DNA of 62,884 nucleotides, the filler included. It is 6 parts of 6 records of this genome, joined end to end, with 100 filler letters (N's around TTAATTAATTAA, not from the genome) between each part and the next. Parts side by side here need not be neighbours in the genome. Positions count along the whole stretch, not along the records: positions 49,389 to 56,689 come from SRR31156797_21817; positions 56,790 to 62,884 come from SRR31156797_21829; 4 more parts are not named here. One strand, 5' to 3'. The stretch's first letter is position 1; each line of letters opens with the position of its first letter. Below the pieces are notes generated by a model. It worked only from the letters and a program-made list of their open reading frames with translations, had not been told where the DNA came from and made no database searches. Below, piece by piece: positions 52,514 through 61,699 of the stretch. The position numbers and the translations under genes are program-made.

Positions 52514-53380
52514 ATGAAAAAGAAAGATACACTTAATGAACATAAACAAAGAATAAATGAAGTTCAATACCATATTTATAAATATATGTCTACAAAACTT
52601 TCAATTGAAAAGTTAGCTAAAATCTCTTCATATTCTCCATACCATTTCCAAAGAATATTTAAAGAACTTACAAACAAAAATGTAAATTCTTATATTAGAG
52701 ATTTAAGATTAGAATGTGCAGCAAATCTATTAGTTTTTAATCCAACATCAACAATAACAGAGATAGCTTTTAATTGTGGATTTAAATCCTCTGCAACTTT
52801 TAGCAATGAGTTTAAAAAATCTTATTTGTGTTCACCTTTAGCTTGGAGAAAAACTGAGCATAAAAAGTATTCTTCCAATAGGTATAATTTAGATGAAAAA
52901 GAGATTGATTTCTCAAAAGTTGAGATAAAAACACTACCTGAAATACAAATCGCATATATGAGACATATGGGATATGATAAAACTATAAAAGCAGGGTGGC
53001 AAAAGTTTTTGTATTTCTTAGAAAAAGATTATGGTATAAAAGATGCCAAAATGATGGCAGTACATCATAGTAATCCAAATATTATATCTTTAGAAGATTA
53101 TAGATATATTGCATGTATCGATTTAGAAGGGAAAGTTATAAAACCTAAAGGCGATATTGGTTTATGCTCTATTTCTGGAGGATTATTTGCAACTATTAGG
53201 TTTCAAGGTATTTGTGAAGATGCCTTGACCTTATATAAAAAAATGTATTATCAATGGATTCCAAGTAGTGACTATGAGGCACTAGAAAGCTCTGCAAGTG
53301 TTTTATACTATAAGAATAATTATCTAGATTCTAAAGATGAGTTTGATATAGAGTTTCGAATCCCAATTAAATATAAGTAG
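52514..53380 (+). CDS. AraC family regulator with GyrI-like effector domain
   Basis: YSPYHFQRIFK, ITEIAFNCGFKSSATFS, and a C-terminal GyrI-like domain. Confidence 0.92.
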   Translation: MKKKDTLNEHKQRINEVQYHIYKYMSTKLSIEKLAKISSYSPYHFQRIFKELTNKNVNSYIRDLRLECAANLLVFNPTSTITEIAFNCGFKSSATFSNEFKKSYLCSPLAWRKTEHKKYSSNRYNLDEKEIDFSKVEIKTLPEIQIAYMRHMGYDKTIKAGWQKFLYFLEKDYGIKDAKMMAVHHSNPNIISLEDYRYIACIDLEGKVIKPKGDIGLCSISGGLFATIRFQGICEDALTLYKKMYYQWIPSSDYEALESSASVLYYKNNYLDSKDEFDIEFRIPIKYK

Positions 53381-53384
53381 TTTA

Positions 53385-53410
53385 AAGAAAGAGTAAAAGA
53401 CTCTTTTCTT
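53385..53410. terminator. Probable bidirectional terminator
   Basis: AAGAAAGAGT-AAAAG-ACTCTTTTCTT between convergent genes. Confidence 0.55.
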
Positions 53411-55239
53411 TATCGGAAGATTCTTTTATCTTCTACCTTTTCTATTTCTGAAAAGTTATCTAAATAATCCAAATAAGCAATAAGGTATTTTCTACTTATT
53501 GGATATTTTTCTTTAAAGTTTTTTATATTTATATATCCATCTTTTTTAATAATAGTTTTCATCTCTTTTATTATGTTTGCAAGATGTTGTGCATGTATAA
53601 ATAGATTGTGTTGTAATCTTACAACTAGTTTTTTTGCGCATAATGTTTTTAAAATATTGTCACCTGTTCTTCTATCTAAATCTAATTCATCATAAATATT
53701 ATAAGGTGCAGTTGGTGTTATATATTCTTTTTCTAATCTTTGAGTGATTATTGTTTCTAAAGATTCTTCAATATTTACACTTATGTTTGGATTTTTATAT
53801 AAGCTTTGTTCTTTTATTAAAAACCCTTCCTCTTCAAGTTCATTAAGTGCAATTTGTATAAAGCTTTGACTAGCCCATTTAAGTCTTAATGCAATTGCTT
53901 GATTTGAAAGTAGGGCAAACTGATTTTTTGTATAAATATCTTTAATAAAATCTTTTATAATATCTTTTGTTGATAGTGGATATATTACAAGTGATTTTTC
54001 ATCTATAAAAATATCTTCTAAGTTTCTTGCAAATTCTAATGCTTCTTCATGACTTAAAGCAAATCTTTGAGCAGAAGAGATAAGTCCTAACCCTTTTCTA
54101 TGTGCATCTAAAAGTATCTCATATGAACCTTTAATATCTTTGTTTTTAAGTGTCTCAAGAAGTTTTAGTTTTTGACTTTTTTTCATTGGGTCAATGATTG
54201 GGTTTAAAATAACTGCTCCTGCAATAGTGTTGTTCCCTTGTCTGATTATCAGTTTTTCATTATATATAGAAAAAACTTCACTATTTAGTTTAAGTGTTGC
54301 AAAACCATTTTCTAAATCTTGGGCATTATTAAAAAGTAAAGCTTTTCCTTCAACTTTTTTTGAACCAATAAAAATTGAGTAATTAGTATTGTGTTTTAGT
54401 TTTTTGCCTTTTAATGTATTAAAAGAGATATCTATTGTATTAAAACCTCTTAAGTACCCTTTTCTTGATATTAGAAATCCTCTTTGAATCTCATCTTTTT
54501 TTACACCTGAAAGGTTAATAGCTGTTCTATTTGAAATATTTGATGTTTCTACATCTTGTCCGTGAACTTGAAGTTTTTTTACTTTTACCTCTTTTTTTAT
54601 ATCACAAATAAACACTTTATCATCAACACTTATAGGTTTTCCTAATGTTGTACCAGTAACAATTGTACCAGCACCTTGAGCAGAAAATACTCTATCTACA
54701 TAGTATCTAAAGAAGTTTTCTTCTGTTTTTGTGTTTGCATCAAGTTCAAATAGTTTGTTTTTTAGATTTTCAATTGAGTCTTTATCATAAATAGATACAG
54801 CTGTTGTAAAAAGTAGATTAAAATCAAAACTTCTAACATAATCTTCTATTTCTAAGATTGTTTTTTCCAACTCTTCTTTTTCAATTAAATCTTTTTTTGT
54901 AATAGTTAAAATTGCATTTTTTATACCCAAAAGATTTAATATCTCTAAATGTTCAACAGTTTGGGGCATGATTTTTTCATTTGCACTTACTACAATCATA
55001 ACACAATCAAAACTAAATGCTCCAGCAATCATATTTTTTACAAGTTTTTCGTGTCCAGGAACATCAATAAAAGCAACATTTCTATCACCCTTATTCATAT
55101 TTGAGAAACTTAAATCAATAGTAATCCCTCTTTGTTTTTCCTCTTTTGTACTGTCACCTTCAAAGCCATTTAACTCTTTGATTAAAGCTGTTTTTCCGTG
55201 GTCAATATGTCCGCAAGTTCCAATAATATAGTTACTCAT
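53410..55239 (-). CDS. selB: Selenocysteine-specific elongation factor
   Basis: GHIDHGKT, RGITIDL, DVPGHE and a C-terminal SRKYLIAYLDYLD winged helix. Adjacent to selA. Confidence 0.96.
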   Translation of the reverse strand: MSNYIIGTCGHIDHGKTALIKELNGFEGDSTKEEKQRGITIDLSFSNMNKGDRNVAFIDVPGHEKLVKNMIAGAFSFDCVMIVVSANEKIMPQTVEHLEILNLLGIKNAILTITKKDLIEKEELEKTILEIEDYVRSFDFNLLFTTAVSIYDKDSIENLKNKLFELDANTKTEENFFRYYVDRVFSAQGAGTIVTGTTLGKPISVDDKVFICDIKKEVKVKKLQVHGQDVETSNISNRTAINLSGVKKDEIQRGFLISRKGYLRGFNTIDISFNTLKGKKLKHNTNYSIFIGSKKVEGKALLFNNAQDLENGFATLKLNSEVFSIYNEKLIIRQGNNTIAGAVILNPIIDPMKKSQKLKLLETLKNKDIKGSYEILLDAHRKGLGLISSAQRFALSHEEALEFARNLEDIFIDEKSLVIYPLSTKDIIKDFIKDIYTKNQFALLSNQAIALRLKWASQSFIQIALNELEEEGFLIKEQSLYKNPNISVNIEESLETIITQRLEKEYITPTAPYNIYDELDLDRRTGDNILKTLCAKKLVVRLQHNLFIHAQHLANIIKEMKTIIKKDGYINIKNFKEKYPISRKYLIAYLDYLDNFSEIEKVEDKRIFR

Positions 55240-56581
55240 TAATAATCTCTTCTATTTTTGATTTTATAATATTTAATTCATCTATTTGTATTGTTCTTAA
55301 ATCTAATAAAAACTTTTCATCTTCAATTCTTCCGATAATTCTTTTTTTTCTAAATAAAGCTTCTATTTTGTTAGGTTTAAAGTTTTTGATATTTATTGAA
55401 ATTGCAATTGAAGGAATCTTTTTATTTGGAGTTGTTCCTCCTCCAATTACAGTTTTTGTTTCTATAATCTTAGTATCACAGAAGTCTTTTATTAAATCTT
55501 GTAGTTGACTTGCTTTTACTTTTAGTTCTTCTACTGTTGCAAAAAGCATTCTCATTGTTGGGATATTTTCTTTTTGATTTAGAAGCAGAGATTTCATACT
55601 ATCTTCTAAAAGAGCCAAAGTTAGTTTATCAACTCTTAACATTCTAAGTAGTTGATTCTTTTTTAATTCATCAATATATTTTTTCTTTCCAACTATAATT
55701 CCAGCTTGTACTGAACCTAAAAGTTTATCTCCAGAAAAACTTAATAAAGAAGGATTATATTTCATATAGTGTAAAACTGAAGGCTCTTTGTCTTGAAGTC
55801 CATAAGGTAAATCCACAATATGTCCACTTCCCATATCGTAGTAATCTATCAAGTCCTTATCTTGAGCAATTTCAATTATTTGCTCAAAACCTATCTCTTT
55901 ACTAAAACCTTCAATTGTATAGTTTGATTTATGAACTTTCATTAAAATAGAAGTGTTTTCGTTGATTGCATTTATATAGTCTTTTTCGTGAGTTTTATTT
56001 GTAGTACCAATCTCTTTAAGAACAGCTCCACTGCTTGCCATAACATCTGGTACTCTAAAACTTCCGCCAATCTCTACAAGCTCTCCACGACTAACTACAA
56101 CTTCTTTATTTTTTGCAAAAGTATTTAGGATTAGAAAAACAGCACTTGCATTATTGTTTACAATAAGTACATCTTCACAACCAAGTAGTTCTTTTACAGT
56201 TTTTGAAATATGTGCATATCTTTCACCTCTTTGACCTTTTTCTAAATCATATTCAAGGTTATTGTATGAAGTTGCAATATCTTTTACTCTTTCAAAGGCA
56301 TTTTCATCTATTAAACTTCTTCCTAAATTGGTGTGTATTATTACACCTGTTGCATTTATAACTTTTTTTAAAGATGGAGAAACAGTGTTTTCATACTCTT
56401 TTTTAACTTTTTCAATCAATTCATCTTCAGTAAAAGAAGTAACTTTTTCATTTAAAATATCTTCTCTTAGTTTTTGGATATAATCTTTTGAAATAGTGGT
56501 TATTAAAGCTTTTGAATAATTTTCAAATGCTTTATTTGAAATAAATTTATCTACCTTAGGAATAGATTTTAGTAAAACCAT
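55232..56581 (-). CDS. selA: L-seryl-tRNA(Sec) selenium transferase
   Basis: INATGVIIHTNLGR, SRGELVEIGGSFR, GTTN and FSGDKLLG. Confidence 0.97.
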   Translation of the reverse strand: MVLLKSIPKVDKFISNKAFENYSKALITTISKDYIQKLREDILNEKVTSFTEDELIEKVKKEYENTVSPSLKKVINATGVIIHTNLGRSLIDENAFERVKDIATSYNNLEYDLEKGQRGERYAHISKTVKELLGCEDVLIVNNNASAVFLILNTFAKNKEVVVSRGELVEIGGSFRVPDVMASSGAVLKEIGTTNKTHEKDYINAINENTSILMKVHKSNYTIEGFSKEIGFEQIIEIAQDKDLIDYYDMGSGHIVDLPYGLQDKEPSVLHYMKYNPSLLSFSGDKLLGSVQAGIIVGKKKYIDELKKNQLLRMLRVDKLTLALLEDSMKSLLLNQKENIPTMRMLFATVEELKVKASQLQDLIKDFCDTKIIETKTVIGGGTTPNKKIPSIAISINIKNFKPNKIEALFRKKRIIGRIEDEKFLLDLRTIQIDELNIIKSKIEEIINE

Positions 56582-56636
56582 TTTTACCCTTTCAGAGTTT
56601 TTTAATATTTTTATTGTAGAATTTCATTCTTCATTT

Positions 56637-56689
56637 GGAGGGCATGTGATCCTGGTGGACACCGCAGGCTTCAACCCTGATCGGCGGTT
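56637..56689 (+). tRNA. selC: tRNA-Sec (anticodon UCA), 3' truncated
   Basis: GGAGGGCA acceptor 5' strand, D-arm containing TGGT, and anticodon arm CAGG-CTTCAAC-CCTG with TCA at 56671-56673. Divergent from selA. Confidence 0.9.
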
Positions 56690-56789
56690 NNNNNNNNNNN
56701 NNNNNNNNNNNNNNNNNNNNNNNNNNNNNNNNNTTAATTAATTAANNNNNNNNNNNNNNNNNNNNNNNNNNNNNNNNNNNNNNNNNNNN
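56690..56789. other. Artificial contig spacer
   Basis: N44-TTAATTAATTAA-N44. Confidence 0.99.
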
Positions 56790-56790
56790 A

Positions 56791-56922
56791 AACTCAATTG
56801 AATCAAAAAATGTAAATGACATAGAGAAAATTATTAAAGAAGACATAATAAAATTTGTTAATGGTGCGGAACAATCAGATGACATAACTATGCTGATATT
56901 TAAATACGAAGGAAACAAATAA
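56791..56922 (+). CDS. C-terminus of a SpoIIE/PP2C-type phosphatase, 5' truncated
   Basis: Translates as ...IIKFVNGAEQSDDITMLIFKYEGNK*, carrying the DDxT motif. Confidence 0.8.
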   Translation, partial: NSIESKNVNDIEKIIKEDIIKFVNGAEQSDDITMLIFKYEGNK

Positions 56923-56972
56923 TAAAATAAGGAGGTGAACTCCGGCAGTTTATAAAAGACCGGAGAGTGTTT

Positions 56973-57560
56973 ATGGAAAAGGGGAAAATCGCGGTATTAA
57001 TTGAGGAGCATTTTGATCCTACGGAATTTAGAAGATTTAACGAATATTTTCCAACACAAGGATATGAAGTAGAGTATGTGTCACATTTATGGGATCAACC
57101 ATCACTAACTTTTGGCTCAAATGCCGAAAATGATAAAGTTGAGGAACATGTGACTGTAACAGTTGAAGTAAATAATATTAAACCTGAAGACTATAAGGGA
57201 ATTCTTCTAATAGGAGCATATGCAACTGATAGACTAAGATATCAGGCTACAGTAAAAAAAGGTCAAAAAAATATGGCACCTGCAGTTGTTTTTCTAAGAG
57301 ATGCTATGGAGAAAGAAGTACCTGTAGGAACAATATGTCATAGTTTATGGCTTTTATGTGCTGACAGAGATATGCTTAAAGATAGAAAAGTGACCTGTGC
57401 ACATAACATAATATGTGATGTTGAAAATGCTGGAGCAGAGGTTATCTATGATGGAGACGGGACTGCAGAGCTTGTTATTGACGGTAATTTGATTTCGGGG
57501 AAACATCCTGGAATGGTAGATATGTTCATGAAAGTTTTTGCAGAAGAGATAGAAAAATAA
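56973..57560 (+). CDS. DJ-1/PfpI family protein (alternative GTG start at 56967)
   Basis: IAVLIEEHFDPTE, nucleophile elbow GTICHS, RKVT and VIDGNLISG. Confidence 0.88.
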   Translation: MEKGKIAVLIEEHFDPTEFRRFNEYFPTQGYEVEYVSHLWDQPSLTFGSNAENDKVEEHVTVTVEVNNIKPEDYKGILLIGAYATDRLRYQATVKKGQKNMAPAVVFLRDAMEKEVPVGTICHSLWLLCADRDMLKDRKVTCAHNIICDVENAGAEVIYDGDGTAELVIDGNLISGKHPGMVDMFMKVFAEEIEK

Positions 57561-57639
57561 ATTTTGTCATAAATCAAGGCAATAATCAAGAAATATAAAA
57601 AGCATGTTAAATTACCAAATAATAAAAGGAGGTAGAAGT

Positions 57640-58203
57640 GTGAAAAAAAGAGTAAATTACTATACTGATTTATCTGCTGATTATTCAAGACCAGGGTTAG
57701 TATCAGATGACATGAAAGAAACTTTGATTGCAGATGGTTTAAAAATGGTAGATATGAAAGAGGATAAACTACCTGAGGTTAATGGAGATTATACGCTTAA
57801 ACAGATTGAACAAGAAAATAAAGACTGGTGGCCAACTCATTGTGAAGCATTACGACAAGCAAGAGGAGATATACTCACAGGTGAGTATAGAGAGGATTTA
57901 GTTTATTTTTGTCAAGATGGACCTTATTATGGTTTGGAAGAACAAAAGAAAAGAGAAAAACATTGGTGGGCATTAATAGCACAGCCAGGTGTAACAATGA
58001 CTTGGCCTATAGTTATGTTTGAAGGTGAATTCGTGTGGTTTGAGTGGAACTGTATGGATGATAATACAAATGAAGTAATTGCTAAAGGAAGTGTTTCTTG
58101 GGTTAGAAGAGGACATAGAGGGGCTTGTTACTTTAAAGGAGAACAACTTACTTTCTATAGAGATGTATTTGCATCACAAGAATTACTTGATTTATTAAAA
58201 TAA
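57640..58203 (+). CDS. NTF2/SnoaL-like protein of unknown function
   Basis: GTG start after AAGGAGG. The EYREDLVYF..GP..G and FEGEFVWFEW patterns fit an NTF2-like fold. Confidence 0.6.
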   Translation: MKKRVNYYTDLSADYSRPGLVSDDMKETLIADGLKMVDMKEDKLPEVNGDYTLKQIEQENKDWWPTHCEALRQARGDILTGEYREDLVYFCQDGPYYGLEEQKKREKHWWALIAQPGVTMTWPIVMFEGEFVWFEWNCMDDNTNEVIAKGSVSWVRRGHRGACYFKGEQLTFYRDVFASQELLDLLK

Positions 58204-58249
58204 GGATTTGTAAGGATATCTAATTATTTTGTCAAAGTGGAGGGAGAGT

Positions 58250-58993
58250 ATGGGTAGATTTGACAATAAAGTGATTCTAATAACCGGATCTGGCTCGGGA
58301 ATGGGACGACAAGCAGCGTATAAGATTGCAAAAGAAAATGCGACTGTCATCGTTGCTGATATCAATGAAAAAGAGGGACGGGAAACGGTAAATAAAATTG
58401 TTGAAAATGATGGAGATGCTTTTTTTATTAAAGTAAATATTTCCAACAATGAAGAAGTTAAGGAAATGATTTCAACTATAGTAGATAGATATGGAAGGCT
58501 TGATATTGCTATTAATAATGCAGGTGTAGAGGGGATAGTCGGTGAACTTATAGAAGAAATTTCCGAAGAATCCTTTGATCGATTAATGGGAATAAATGTA
58601 AAAGGTACATGGCTCTGCCTTCAGAATGAATTGAAGCAGATGAAGAAACAAGGATTTGGAACTATTGTAAATGTTGCGTCTGTATTGGGAACTGTTGGGA
58701 TAGCTGGATTTTCAAGTTATGTTACTTCGAAGCATGCTGTTGTAGGTATGACTAAATGTGCTGCCTTGGAGAATGCAACTCTTGGAATTAGAGTAAATGC
58801 CTGTTGTCCGGCAGCGGTCAGAACACCGATGTTGAATAGAGCAGAAGGAATTGATTGGGATAAAACGACGCCTATGCAGAGAGTAGGAACTGTTGAAGAA
58901 GTTGCAAATGCGATTATGTTCTTAGCTTCGGATGAATCATCATTTACTACAGGACATACTCTACTTTTAGATGGTGGAATTGCCGCTGAATAA
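58250..58993 (+). CDS. Classical short-chain dehydrogenase/reductase
   Basis: TGSGSGMG, ADIN (suggests NAD preference), NNAG, YVTSK and IRVN. Confidence 0.95.
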   Translation: MGRFDNKVILITGSGSGMGRQAAYKIAKENATVIVADINEKEGRETVNKIVENDGDAFFIKVNISNNEEVKEMISTIVDRYGRLDIAINNAGVEGIVGELIEEISEESFDRLMGINVKGTWLCLQNELKQMKKQGFGTIVNVASVLGTVGIAGFSSYVTSKHAVVGMTKCAALENATLGIRVNACCPAAVRTPMLNRAEGIDWDKTTPMQRVGTVEEVANAIMFLASDESSFTTGHTLLLDGGIAAE

Positions 58994-59013
58994 ATTAATT
59001 GGGAGGATTATAA

Positions 59014-59946
59014 ATGAGAATAAATGATTATTCAAAAAGGGATGAAAATGGTGCAGTAGTATTTTTTGTTCCTTTATGGAAAAGAGATGGAATTAGTCTA
59101 GAGTTATTTGATGATTATTGGAGTAATGTTCATGGGCCTGTTTGTTCAAGACTTCCGGGACAGCATCAATATTGGCAATTTCATGTAGCACATGCTGAAA
59201 GAGGTACTTGGCCGGAAATAGATGGGATTTCATATGTAACTCCTGAGTCAGAACAGTTTGATGGTATAGCAGAGCTTAGCTTCAAAAACGATGAGGACAG
59301 AAAAATATGGTTCCAGGCAGCAGGTATATTAATGGATGATGAACATAATCCGTTTAAGCAAGCTATAGGAATAAATACAAGTGAAGGAAATTCAATAACT
59401 TTTGTTGATGGTATCGAAGAAGCAGAACCAAATGGTGAACAAAATTATGTTAAACTTTTTGTTACAATTAAACAAAAAGCAGGAGTTTCTGTTGAAGAAT
59501 TTAGAAAATATTTAAAAGACGATTTTTGTGCAAAATTGCTTCCTAATAAAAACATGTTAAAATTAAGACTTCATATGTTTGAAGAAGTAGATAATACAAG
59601 ACCGCCTGCTGCAGGAGTTTCTCATGCACAGCCAGAAGAAGAACAATTTCAAGCTTGTGCTGAGATTGCTTTTAATGACAGATTTGAAATGGAAAGATTC
59701 TTTGCATCAGATGAATATAAGTCAACAGAAGCTGATCAGGCTAAATATATAAGACAAATAAGCGTATTCCCACAAAGAACAGTATTTACATATGTATACG
59801 ATAACTTAATTACACTTCAAGGCTTAAGAGGAGCATATACAGCAAGTTTAATTAGAAAAATCGGTGCAACAAATCAAGTAAAAGATGATATTATGCAGCT
59901 AATGCTTACTAATGAACCTCATAAATTGCCTGCTAAAAAATATTAA
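59014..59946 (+). CDS. Tandem EthD-domain protein
   Basis: KRDGISLELFDDYWSNVHGP...FDGIAELSF, with a second copy KQKAGVSVEEFRKY...FQACAEIAF. Confidence 0.8.
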   Translation: MRINDYSKRDENGAVVFFVPLWKRDGISLELFDDYWSNVHGPVCSRLPGQHQYWQFHVAHAERGTWPEIDGISYVTPESEQFDGIAELSFKNDEDRKIWFQAAGILMDDEHNPFKQAIGINTSEGNSITFVDGIEEAEPNGEQNYVKLFVTIKQKAGVSVEEFRKYLKDDFCAKLLPNKNMLKLRLHMFEEVDNTRPPAAGVSHAQPEEEQFQACAEIAFNDRFEMERFFASDEYKSTEADQAKYIRQISVFPQRTVFTYVYDNLITLQGLRGAYTASLIRKIGATNQVKDDIMQLMLTNEPHKLPAKKY

Positions 59947-59964
59947 ATTAAGGAGGATCTTTCG

Positions 59965-60339
59965 ATGAGTGATATTGATATTAAAAAAAATGCTGTTTTG
60001 GGAGATGATGATTTAAAAGAGGGCTTAAAAGGCATTCATCCAAAATGGGCAGATTTTTGTATTAGAGTTGCAGGTGAAGCATGGGGATTGCCTTTAATTG
60101 ATCAGAAAACAAAAGCATTTATTACAATTGCTGTTGATGTAGTAAACGGCGATCAAACAGGTCCCGGAACTGCATTTGGAGCACATGTAAGTATGGCGAT
60201 AAAACAGGGGGCTACTTATGAAGAAATAGAAGAAGTTCTTTTATTCATGAGTGCTTACGCTGGATTCAATAAAACAGCTCCTGCATTTGGTGCTTTAAAA
60301 GGTTTTGTAGAAGATGGAATGTTTCCGGATAAAAAATAA
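59965..60339 (+). CDS. Carboxymuconolactone decarboxylase (CMD/AhpD-fold) family protein
   Basis: IDQKTKAFITIA and AHVSMAIKQGATYEEIEEVL...YAGF. No CxxC. Confidence 0.85.
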   Translation: MSDIDIKKNAVLGDDDLKEGLKGIHPKWADFCIRVAGEAWGLPLIDQKTKAFITIAVDVVNGDQTGPGTAFGAHVSMAIKQGATYEEIEEVLLFMSAYAGFNKTAPAFGALKGFVEDGMFPDKK

Positions 60340-60362
60340 ATAAATTTACCAATATTAATATT

Positions 60363-60396
60363 AAAACCCGTAAGAATTAATTCTTGCGGGTTTTTG
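60363..60396 (+). terminator. Rho-independent terminator closing the five-gene operon
   Basis: AAAACCCGTAAGAA-TTAA-TTCTTGCGGGTTTTT. Confidence 0.85.
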
Positions 60397-60410
60397 TGTT
60401 AATAATAATA

Positions 60411-60479
60411 ACCAGTCACCATTAAAAAACGACCTTTCACAATGAAAAGATTATAATAATTAGCATATTTTCCTATAAT
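60411..60479 (+). promoter_or_regulatory. LytTR-type direct repeat and promoter
   Basis: ACCAGTCACCAT (60411) and ACCTTTCACAAT (60432) with 21-bp period, then TTATAA-17 nt-TATAAT (60451-60479). Confidence 0.6.
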
Positions 60480-60522
60480 TAATTTAAGACAACAGAAATT
60501 AAAACTATAGGAGGAGATAAGA

Positions 60523-61062
60523 ATGAAAAAAATATTGGTGGTATTAATGTTATGCTTAAACTTTATAATGAGTAATGCAGAAAAAGTGAAAGGTTTTGCA
60601 GTTAAAACAGTTAGTTTAAATAAAACAAGTGCTGTTTTATTGGGTGGGCGAGGTTATGGTCTATTTGATGATAATTTTGCGTTTGGTTTTGGTGGTTATA
60701 CGACTGTAAGTGATGGAGAAAAAGATGAAAATTCGAAATATTTTTCAATGGGATGCTTTGGTGCATATTTGATTAAGAAGTTTCCTATTAATGAGAAAAT
60801 AAGTATTAATTCTAACCTGTTTTTAGCTTATGGAGGGATAGAATCTTTTGATAAAGATGGGAATATTAAAAATAATGTTGAAAGTAGTAGTATTCAAATT
60901 GTTGAACCTGCCATAGGTATCGGTTATAATATTAATAATGTATTGTCAATAAATGCTGAAATGTCTTATTTGAAAGTAAATAATATAGACTTAGAAACTT
61001 ATTCTGATAATGATTTTGGTGGAGTAACGTATACTCTGGCATTTGAATTTAAAGATAACTAA
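60523..61062 (+). CDS. Probable small outer-membrane beta-barrel protein
   Basis: Signal peptide, Gly/aromatic alternating strands (FAFGFGGY, VEPAIGIGY) and a near-terminal YTLAFEF. Confidence 0.65.
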   Translation: MKKILVVLMLCLNFIMSNAEKVKGFAVKTVSLNKTSAVLLGGRGYGLFDDNFAFGFGGYTTVSDGEKDENSKYFSMGCFGAYLIKKFPINEKISINSNLFLAYGGIESFDKDGNIKNNVESSSIQIVEPAIGIGYNINNVLSINAEMSYLKVNNIDLETYSDNDFGGVTYTLAFEFKDN

Positions 61063-61083
61063 ATTAATTGAAGGCGGTAATTT

Positions 61084-61677
61084 ATGAACTTTGATATATT
61101 ATGTTCTAATAATTATAAAAAAATGATTGTCGAGATTCTCAGAACACATGATAATAATTTTGATGAAAACTCAAAATATATTTTAATTGATGAGAAATAT
61201 TGTAATAAATTAGAAGATTATAAAGAAAAAGATATAAAAATTATTTTTAATGAAAATGACTTAAATAGTTTACTTGATTTTTTTAAACAAAAAAGTTTAA
61301 AGAACGATAAAAATGGAGACTTTGTATTAAATGTTAATAGTAAACTGTCTCAATCCATTGTGGGAAAAATAGAAGAAAGATATGAAATATTAAAATACGA
61401 AGATATTATTTATTTTGAAGCTGATAATAACTATGTATATTGCATAACTAAAAAAGGGAATTATAGAGTAAAAGATAAATTGTACACTCTTGAAGAAAAA
61501 TTAGATAAGGAGAAATTTATAAGAATAAGTAAATCCTATATTGTAAATATATTAATGGTTAATGGAATAGTTCCGTGGTTTAACGGGAGGCTTTTATTGA
61601 AATTTGAGGGGACGAATAAAGAGATTGATGTATCAAGAACTTATGCAAAAAAATTTAAAAATTTCTTAGGTTTATAA
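61084..61677 (+). CDS. LytTR family DNA-binding regulator without a canonical receiver domain
   Basis: DIIYFEA, LYTLEE, FIRISKSYIVN and VSRTY. Confidence 0.92.
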   Translation: MNFDILCSNNYKKMIVEILRTHDNNFDENSKYILIDEKYCNKLEDYKEKDIKIIFNENDLNSLLDFFKQKSLKNDKNGDFVLNVNSKLSQSIVGKIEERYEILKYEDIIYFEADNNYVYCITKKGNYRVKDKLYTLEEKLDKEKFIRISKSYIVNILMVNGIVPWFNGRLLLKFEGTNKEIDVSRTYAKKFKNFLGL

Positions 61678-61699
61678 ATTTAATAATTGGGGTGAAAAA

